Assembly (NCBI RefSeq): GCF_006345805.1
Contig: NC_042999.1
Coordinates: 31,310,001 to 31,374,000 of the forward strand
Source of the DNA: Octopus sinensis
Lineage: Eukaryota
Direction: 5' to 3'
DNA: 64,000 bases
The notes under the pieces were generated by a model. It ran no database searches. It was not told where the DNA came from and worked only from the letters and a program-made list of their open reading frames with translations. Shown here piece after piece: positions 54,488-64,000 of the stretch. Numbering within the stretch: the first letter of the stretch is position 1; each line of letters begins with the position of its first letter. A program made the translations under genes and the position numbers.

Positions 54488-54725
54488 TGGAGGCGCAATG
54501 GCCCAGTGGTTAGGGCAGCGAACTCGCGGTCGTAGGATCGGGGTTTTGATTCCCAGACAGGTCATTGTGAGTGTTTATTGAGCGAAAACACCTAAAGCTC
54601 CACGATGCGCCAGCAGGGGGTGGTGGCGAACCATGCTATACTCTTTCACCACAACTTGCTCTCACTATTTCTTTCTCTTTCTGTTGTACCTGTATTCCAA
54701 CGGGCCAGTCTTTTCCCACTCTCTG
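54488..54725 (+). mobile_element. SINE family C, 3'-truncated
   Basis: GGAGGCGCAATGGCCCAGTGGTTAGGGCAGCGAACTCGCGGTCGTAGGATCGGGGTTTTGATTCCCAGAC..GTGAGTGTTTATTGAGCGAAAACACCTAAAGCTCCACG. Confidence 0.88.
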
Positions 54726-57700
54726 AATCTCCACTCGCTGAATCTCCATGAGAATTACATTATATGCGATCGACGACAAATAAGTAAAAGCGTAAGAGAG
54801 GAAAGAGTAAATTATAAGCACGTTTCCGTGGTATGTTTAAAACTGATATTTGAGGATGCAGATTTGTTTCTATATACACTTGTTTTGGTATAATATAATA
54901 CTATCACTTCTTTGGAGAATTAAAGTTGAGTTATAGAGTTGGCTATTATCTACATGGTTTTAGGGGTTGTTATTTTGTAAACTATGTGTTGTCCTATGAT
55001 AAGTTGCTTCCGATGTCATAAATATGTGTGCGTGTACATACTAATACATAGTATTCAGCAAACTATGAGAGGGTGAGACAAGCACAGTTGACAGAGAAAT
55101 AGATGGAGAAGGAAAAAGAGTGTTGGGTATGAGAGAGAGTGATAGAGAGGGAAAGAAAGGAAAGTTAGTAAGAGAAAGAGAAGGAAATATCTGGTAACAT
55201 CAAATTAAACTCAAATACCAATCTAATCAGTAAAATGATCCCTCTTGCCTCGGATCGATTTCGCAAGCGTCGCAGTACGCAATGATCGATACATTCTGAC
55301 TGGAAATATTTATCTAAAAATGATCGATGGCAATCCAGGATATATTTCCACAGAAGTCGAGTAAATATCTGAATATCTTACAACAGGAAGCAGAGAAACA
55401 ATGAAAATAACCATTATTCAAAACACATTATTATTATTGATTGCAGTAGTAGTAGTAGTAGTAGTAGTTCTGGTGGTGGTGACATTATAGCCATCGTTAT
55501 TGTTAATATTATTAACAAAAGCCTTTTATTCATTCATAAGTAACATTAGTAACAGATATAAGATGTAGTTCTTGTTTTCCTTAGATATTCCTTGATCGAG
55601 GCTGGCGTTTTTATTACTTATATTATGTATGTCAATGCTATAGGTTCTTCGTTTTGATTTAGTTCTGTATACATGTTCTTGTGTGTAAGTGTATGCATAT
55701 ATATATTTATACAAAAATGTCAGTGCACGCATATATCTTTATATACTGTTTCCGTGCTTCCTCCGCCTGATGATATTGTTGTATTCCATTAACAAATAGA
55801 ATAGTTCGGCTCCTATCTTCTCAGAGAAGATTCTCATTTCCCTGACGTGAATTCAGCAACCACAGGAGGCTTGCAAAAAGATAGTTGATTCTTGCTACCA
55901 ATTGAATGAACATATATTGGGGAAAGAAAATAGAAGAAAAAATACACGCTGGGGGATTTTGACTGTGTCATATACGTTTGTATTTGACAAGGAAGAATCT
56001 TAATTGTTTTATTTTTATTTTTTATATATACATACTCTTCTTTGTCTTTGCATCTCCTTCATGTATTGGCTGAATGGTAGAATGCAATGCTAAAAGCTGT
56101 AGAAGCTTAGTTATGAGAAACTAAGTGATAAAATATAATAATAAGCTTATGAGATATTTCTATTCGCTATTTGATTATATTGTTATTATTATTATTATTG
56201 TTGTTGTTGTTGTTGTTGTTGTTGCTGTCGATATTATCATTATTATTATTATTATTATTAGAATATAGATTTTGTTTCAAAAGATTTTAGTTCTGATTTC
56301 TGTAACGATAAACATTACTGATTGGTCTAAGACTCTGCAAAGAAAAGCAAGTCATCAACTCGCGACTTCCAAATCCCAAGAGATGGAATGCCAAACTTTA
56401 CGATGGAAATCCGTAAAAAATATTGCAATCGAGTTGGTCGAATATTTCCATTCTCTTATTAATACTGTTAGTTAAGACTTATTTCTCTTGATCTCTCTCA
56501 TAGCAATCATCATTACTATTTTAAAAATTATATACTTCTCTTTCTTCCTTTTCCTGATAACAGCAACAACAACAATAATAATAGTGTTATTATTATTAAT
56601 AATAATAATATAATTTTACTGCATTTTTATTATTAGTATTTCTACAAATGCAAACATTAAGAATTATATTAATGATACTTCATCGTCGTCCCCATCACCC
56701 TTGTCATCATCACTAGCATAACCATCATATTTCCATTTCAGTTGGTACACGAATAATTGGTTGACGTACATGAACTATATTGATTCTTGACTATTGGTAA
56801 TGTTTCATATATGTCCTAAATCGATTTCAAGCGTACTATGTTGTAGCATAATCTGCTAAAATTGGCATTGAAATGTCCCTTAAATCATGTTACTTCATTT
56901 TAAATTCATTTAAAGGAGCATCTTGAATAATATAATTCTAGATACATTATGCCTTAAAAAACGGCTTGTAAGTTTGAGTTGAACTAACTCTAATTCTACC
57001 TTCTAGCTTATTCCACAAGAAACTCTTTCACTACTTTCTGTATTTCCTTTTCACATAAACACAAAGACATAACGACATTAAAATGTATTTTATATGAATT
57101 AATCAAATTTATGATTCATCGTTCGGTTCAAGCAATAAACAATGTTTATATAAAAAGTTATTTATGCATTATATCTATTGATAACATTTAGAAATAAACT
57201 AAAACAAGTGTGACACATTTTGAAAATTGTATGTCTTAGAGGAAAACTAAAGATATATTTGAAATCAGCTTCCAAACACATTCAAAGGAAACTTATTTAT
57301 TCTCTGATAAAAGAAAAAAGTTTATTTTCTTGACCACCGTTATCAGCCAAAAGACTACGTACAAGCATCGCCTCAGTCAGTAAAATAAAGTAACTTCAAA
57401 ACTTCAAACATTATTCAACAGGATATATATGTGTCTGTTTACGTGTGTCTGTGTGTGTGCGGGTGTCTCTGGGTGTGTGTCTCTGTGTGTATGTGCGTGT
57501 GTACGTTTTGAACTAGTTACATCAAAGGACGCTAATCTTTTTTACATTCCTCAGTAGGTCACCGCAGATTTCATTGCAGCAGCTGATTATTGGACATAGC
57601 TGTAAAAGATCATCGATATGTCTACTGATAATATCATGTCAATATTTCGTACTGGTATAAAATTTTCAGAATTATCTTTTTAAGCTGTAAAAGAGCGGCT

Positions 57701-57796
57701 CATAGACACCAGGTTCCAGATATTCCTGAAGCACCACATTTCTTCAAAGACCATTAGGACAGCAGGGAAGACAAGTGCAGCAAATCTACTAGAGTA

Positions 57797-57847
<51 letters not shown>

Positions 57848-57865
57848 ACACACACACATATATAT

Positions 57866-57897
<32 letters not shown>

Positions 57898-58334
57898 GCA
57901 AGTGGATGTCTTAAATCTATTCTGTACTTGCAATAACAGCCACGACAGCCATGCCAAGAACACAACAGCAATAAAATGTTATTTCGGAACAAATATACCT
58001 GAAATATCACTACATTTATTCAATCTTAATTCTAAGAAGGATTCAACACACATTAATAATTAAACTACAATAAAGGGACTACATTTAACCTATGTAGACA
58101 AACATCTAACTAAATAGCAACCTACCCTTGACGTCCAAACAAATAATATTCCAATCAATCTTCCATAGTTATTAATAAACATTGTCATCTCAGTAGATAT
58201 CAAATATATTACTTCCCAAGCAAAACAAATTTTTATTCAACTTAGCTTAACTAATTATACAATTCTAAGGTAATTACACTATATATCTATAGTGTAATAT
58301 ATTAAGGAAATTCATGTATTATTTGAAATTTACG

Positions 58335-58470
58335 ACAACACAAAAGACGAAGACGGGTGTATGAACGACAAGCAGGTGTATTATTTTAACGCTTGGGAAA
58401 TTGAGAAAGTCTTTTACGTTTCCAGCCTACTCTCTTTAACTGAAATGAATAACAAAAAATAAACAGAGAG
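58335..58470. repeat. Dispersed repeat homologous to 32825-32945
   Basis: See 32825-32945. Confidence 0.5.
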
Positions 58471-59118
58471 AAAAAAATGTGAGTTTAGCGATCAAGCATG
58501 GCGACAATTTCTCGCGTCGTATATGCCTTATAGAGTGGCTGCAATTTCTTGAAATCGACGTGCTCAGAGTTTTTGTATATACTGATTACATGTTTGTGCT
58601 GTACATTAGCTGATCGTCCATTAGGTTACACGCCCTCATATGAACGTATCTGCGTACATGTGAGTGCATAAACAAAATTACCCAAGAGAAATATTTTTTT
58701 AAGAGTTAACAATGAGAATGTACAGTAGAATGTATTCGAAAACTAAGTTGAAACAGTTATATGAAATAGCGTACGAGGTAAATTTTTATTTCAGTGTGAA
58801 TATTCTTACTTCTGGGGAAAACTAAAAGAATCGAATGGCAGCAATACAGACTAACATAGAATAAGAACCTGAGGGGTTCTCAAGAAATAACAATCTGAAA
58901 ATGATATGGCATTGTGGGAAATATTGATTACGCTGGTGTCGGAGTCAGGACAAAAATCATTGATGTGCATACATATCAAGAAATATGATCACAGTAGATA
59001 TCCTATCTTACTCTTGCAGATAAGGAAGTTGGACAGCCTCACATGCACTTGATATATATATATATATAATATATTATATATATATATATATAATATATAT
59101 ATAAAACATATATAATAT

Positions 59119-59218
59119 NNNNNNNNNNNNNNNNNNNNNNNNNNNNNNNNNNNNNNNNNNNNNNNNNNNNNNNNNNNNNNNNNNNNNNNNNNNNNNNNNN
59201 NNNNNNNNNNNNNNNNNN
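59119..59218. other. Assembly gap (100 N) next to a TA array
   Basis: Run of N. Confidence 1.
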
Positions 59219-59771
59219 TCCTTTCTCCCTTTTAAAATTTTCCCGAAGAAGGAAATTATTCGAAACGTTGGATTTTTCACTCATCACGGCAATTTCACTA
59301 CACATATTCCATCGAATGCTATATGACTGGAATTATGTCCAAGCCAAATTCTACAACGCACTGCACGATATATTGACTTTATATTAAAAGCTGAAGTAGT
59401 ATTAGTGACATTATATATGCACGCTTGAATCTTGAAAAGTGTTTCCCAGTTGCAATAAAAGAATTATAATTTCGAACGAAATGCTAAGTCTTAGACTTAG
59501 TTGCCAGGAACTCATTCCATTTTACTTGGCAAATACACTTAAAAGTTTCAGATACTTTGACATGCTTCACGTGCGAGTAATATATAATATGGTGCGACCT
59601 TGCAAACACGCTTATGTATACATGTTCAGACTCACATCTACTGACACACATATTTACATATAAAAACATATACACATTCATATAAAATATGTGTACACTA
59701 CATGGCGTGAGATATATATATATGTACATACTTCTATGAGTACATACATAATACATATACACACAGATATG

Positions 59772-59829
<58 letters not shown>

Positions 59830-60170
59830 TACATATGTATATATATATATATATATATACATATGTAGATATACAAATGTAGATATACAAATGTATATAT
59901 ATGGATATATATATATACATATGTATAATATATATAGATACTTATGCATATCTATATTCAAATTTATACACATATATACGTATCAGTATACATATACATA
60001 CATACACACACATACATATATATATATATATACATATATATGCATATACGTATATATACACATATGCACACATACATATATACCTACATATGTATACATA
60101 TATACATAAATATACACACTTATACACAGACATATATATATTTTTACACATATATAATACATACATATAC

Positions 60171-60208
<38 letters not shown>

Positions 60209-60241
60209 GCACATATACATATATACATAGAAATGTTTTCG

Positions 60242-60276
<35 letters not shown>

Positions 60277-60402
60277 ATTTGAAGTACATTAATCATGTTC
60301 GATATCGATAAGTAATGGCGATTCTCTTTCTGCTTCTTGAAGCAGTAGTAATAGGATTTCTAGACGTAGTGTTAATACTAATTGTATTGGTAGCAGTAAC
60401 GA

Positions 60403-60403
<1 letters not shown>

Positions 60404-60450
<47 letters not shown>

Positions 60451-60451
60451 C
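60404..60451. repeat. (TAG)n microsatellite
   Basis: Direct reading. Confidence 0.95.
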
Positions 60452-62049
60452 AACAAACGCCCATTCTGCAGCTACTTCCACTCCTGCTATCGCTGCTGCA
60501 TAGGAATTCCTGCAAATATAATTCGGAATATTACCGATTTCTTTCGACTAGGCACACAGCCAATTGGAAATGCTTGTTACATTTAATGGAAACGCCTCGG
60601 GTATCTCAGGATATTTTTTTTTTATATCGACCCTCGAGTCGTTGTTTTCGTTGCTGGATTTGAAGAACAATATATGAGTTAAATGCAGTCATTGGAACGA
60701 CTAGTTTGTATGGATTTGATTGGATATATTTGTGACAGAAGCACACTTGCATTAACTATCACAAACTTATCAATATTTTATATGTGCATACATTCATTCA
60801 CACACACAAATTTACATGTATCTATATAAGAGAGTGTATATATTTATTGCGCAATATATGAACTCAACAGATACAGTGATACACATGAGGTTGCTCATTG
60901 AATACATCGAACAGCAAACAAGATTGTAAACCAAAGGAAAATATGTGTCTGTATTAGGCAACGAATAATAAGATATAGTTTACGTTATACTGTTGAGGTA
61001 CGAAATGGTAGAGTATAAACTAACTATTTCTACCAGGTTGAGAGACAATGTAAGAAGCATTTACCTAAAGCATCATAAGTTTTGTATATAAGCGTTGTAT
61101 ATCTCCTTCTTACAGCAAGGAGATATACATATATTAATGTACATATACACGTGTAAATACATACAGAAGTATACAGGCACACACACACACAAGTTATACA
61201 TAAACACAAACACGCGCGCACACACATATATGTGTCTATATGTATACATATAAATATATATAAATGTATATACGTAGATATATATATATATATAAATACA
61301 AAAATATACATAAATACATATACACACATATATATATATATGCACAAACACACACACACACATATATATATATATACACATATATAAATATATACATGAA
61401 ATGAGTGTAGGTGTATGTCAAGTCCTATTCGCGAAACGTTCACAGCAACGCATACTCGGCGTAGTATTACTATACACAATCCTGTCTCGTCCCTAATAAG
61501 AATTCTACGCATGATGAAGTCTCCTCTGTCATTACCTCAAAGTATTTGAAAATTTGAAAACTCATCATAGTATTTAACCGTCGATAAGTCTAGATTACCG
61601 TAGGCGGATTTATAAATATATATATGTATGTGTGTGTGTCTGTGTGTGTGTGTCTGTATGTATGTATCTATATTTGTATATATATATATATATATATATA
61701 TTTAAGATCTCAACTTTATGTCTTACCTACGATAATATATTGTTATATATATTTCTCTCTAGATAACATACACTTGTTTCATCCTAACGATAATGTCTCC
61801 ACTTGAAACAATTCCCCCTTATATATAAATCCAACTCTTCCTCTATCCTACCTAAGTATACAAAACAACATATAAACAATAATTTATAAATATACATCTA
61901 CCTACTCACGAACCTATCTCTGTACGTATCTATCTATCCATGAGTGTGTGTTTATACACAGACGTTTGCTTATACAAATACATACATTCACATAAGTATT
62001 CACAGACATTTTCTATATAAATATCAACTTATATGCGCGCGCGCACACA

Positions 62050-62128
<79 letters not shown>

Positions 62129-62869
62129 TCTCATTATGTAAGTACATTGACGTGTGCGAATATGTGTGATGGTAAGGGGGAGACAGGATTATTTTCGTCT
62201 GGGAGTGTGTATTAATGTTTGTGCCAAGAGCCATTATGTCACAGAAAAGAGAAACTATTAATAAAAGCATTGTTTCCCCAACGTTTTTGTTCCTTGCCAC
62301 GTGATTATATTACTGATGTGACTTGATTAATATACGTGTTTGTTTAGATAACTTCCGGTTAGGAAAAATTATAATAAGGATCTTGTGTGTGTCTGCGTGT
62401 GTGTGTGTGTACTCACCATTTATACATCATTTTGTTACATTTTTATTTCTGTCTTAATCTTTTTTGCAACTGAAAATAATTCGAACGACCATTCTCGTCA
62501 CTTTTCTGCTAATAGAAATCCCAATAGACTTTACATCCTTGTTTTAAAATTTCCATTATCTTTTCCTTTCATTTCCTTTCTGTACATGGCTTAATTTTCC
62601 CAAAGTTTACGAGTTATGTTTTATATATATTACACTTTTATTTATACGTTCATACATTCGTCATTTCTGTGTTAATGTATTCATAATATCCTTATGTTTC
62701 TTTCCTTAATGGACTTATTTTGATTAACACTAACTTTACCGTTTGCACTTAAAACCAGGCAATATATAAACCTAATTAAATCAATTTCAGTTTCCTTCTG
62801 TTTGTGTATTTATATAGCTATCAATGTAAAATTCTCTTTCTCTGTATATTATATATATATACATACAAA

Positions 62870-63031
62870 ATGGCTGTGTGGTAAGTAGCTTGCTTAAGAA
62901 CCTCATGGTTTCGGGTTCAGTCCCACTGCGTGGCATCTTGGGCAAGTGTTTTTTACTATACCCTCGGGTCGACCAAAGCCTTGTGAGTGGATTTGGTAGA
63001 TGGAAACTCAAAGAAGCCAGTCGTATATATG

Positions 63032-63083
<52 letters not shown>

Positions 63084-63285
63084 TGTGTATGTTTGTCCCC
63101 CTAGCATTGCTTGACAACCGATGCTGGTGTGCTGATGTCCCTGTCACTTAGTGTCTCGGCAGAAGAGACCGATAGAATAAGCACTGGACTTACTCAAAAT
63201 AAGACCCACGGTCGATTTGCTCGACTAAATGCGGTGCTCCAGCCTGGCCGCATTCAAATTACTCTAATAAGTAAAAGAGTACAGT
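62870..63285 (+). mobile_element. SINE family A, full length
   Basis: TGGCTGTGTGGTAAGTAGCTTGC..GGGTTCAGTCCCACTGCGTGGCATCTTGGGCAAGTG..(TA)n..GCTTGACAACCGATGCTGGTG..GCGGTGCTCCAGCCTGGCCGCA. Confidence 0.92.
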
Positions 63286-63413
63286 GTATACGTATAATTA
63301 TTTGTTAATTTGCAGAAAACCTCATTGAATTAAATTCATATCTGTGTATTCAAGGGGTACTTTATCCTGTATATGTATCCCATTGATATATAGGTGATGC
63401 GCCTATAAATGTA

Positions 63414-63476
<63 letters not shown>

Positions 63477-63489
63477 ATATATATATACA

Positions 63490-63518
63490 TATATATGCAT
63501 GAATGTGCTTATATATAC

Positions 63519-63573
<55 letters not shown>

Positions 63574-63592
63574 TGAATGTGCTTATATATAC

Positions 63593-63623
<31 letters not shown>

Positions 63624-63665
63624 CATATATATGCATGAATGTGCTTATATATACATATATATATA
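63490..63665. repeat. Three tandem copies of GCATGAATGTGCTTATATATACA separated by variable (TA)n
   Basis: Unit starts near 63497, 63571 and 63632. Confidence 0.9.
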
Positions 63666-64000
63666 TATATATATAATATATATTAATATTATATATATAT
63701 ATAGGATGTAGAAGGCTGTCTTGTGTGCGTTCTTTTCTTTTTTTCAAACATTGTCATGTGTTCCCGATATTCTCTGCATTTTATCATTTGTGTTATATTT
63801 CTGAAGAAAATATCACCGTTTTATATATTGTATGATCTCCCTGTCTTATTGACGATCTTCCATCAACAATGAATAATAGATCTTCCATCAACAATGTGTG
63901 TTAGTGGGTGTGTGTGTGTAAGCATATATCAATAATTTATCTCCAAATAATAACCCTAACCTTTTCCCTTATGTCATGTGAATTCACAGAATTAATTTCA

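Noticed and set aside
97-63626. Numerous YI/IY, HT, CV, poly-I, poly-N, poly-E, poly-V ORFs in the six-frame track (e.g. 4761-5363, 19626-20414, 30284-30850, 12435-12707)
   Set aside because: They are translations of TA, CA, AAT, GAA and TAG microsatellites that lack stop codons; no coding signature
1-64000. CRISPR arrays, rRNA, telomeric repeats, prokaryotic operons
   Set aside because: None seen; the sequence is eukaryotic and repeat-rich, with no regularly spaced repeat-spacer units or TTAGGG arrays

Overview
Very AT-rich animal genomic DNA dominated by microsatellites ((TA)n, (TG)n, (TACA)n, (TATC)n, (AAT)n), with a 100-N assembly gap at 59119-59218. The SINE complement and microsatellite load look like an octopod cephalopod (Octopus-like); this is recognition and inference, not a database result. 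No intact protein-coding gene could be supported, and nearly all ORFs in the supplied track are translations of simple repeats. Supported content: about 20 copies or fragments of four tRNA-derived SINE families; an internally deleted Gypsy-type LTR element (5' LTR + gag + integrase, no PR/RT/RH); 3' fragments of Tx1/L1-like, CR1/L2-like and RTE-like LINEs; an RT fragment of a restriction-endonuclease-type LINE; a Tc1 + Penelope + mariner fossil cluster; a non-autonomous Helitron; and an 840-bp fold-back inverted repeat. The most interesting non-routine signals are a possible decayed intronless LRR-GPCR (GRL101/relaxin-receptor-like) pseudogene on the minus strand at about 48.2-50.4 kb (low-moderate confidence), a Tx1-like LINE sitting inside a (TATC)n array (possible microsatellite targeting), the long fold-back, and a SINE family that carries its own central microsatellite. 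I found no convincing evidence of a wholly new biological system. Repeat boundaries were read by eye and are approximate.
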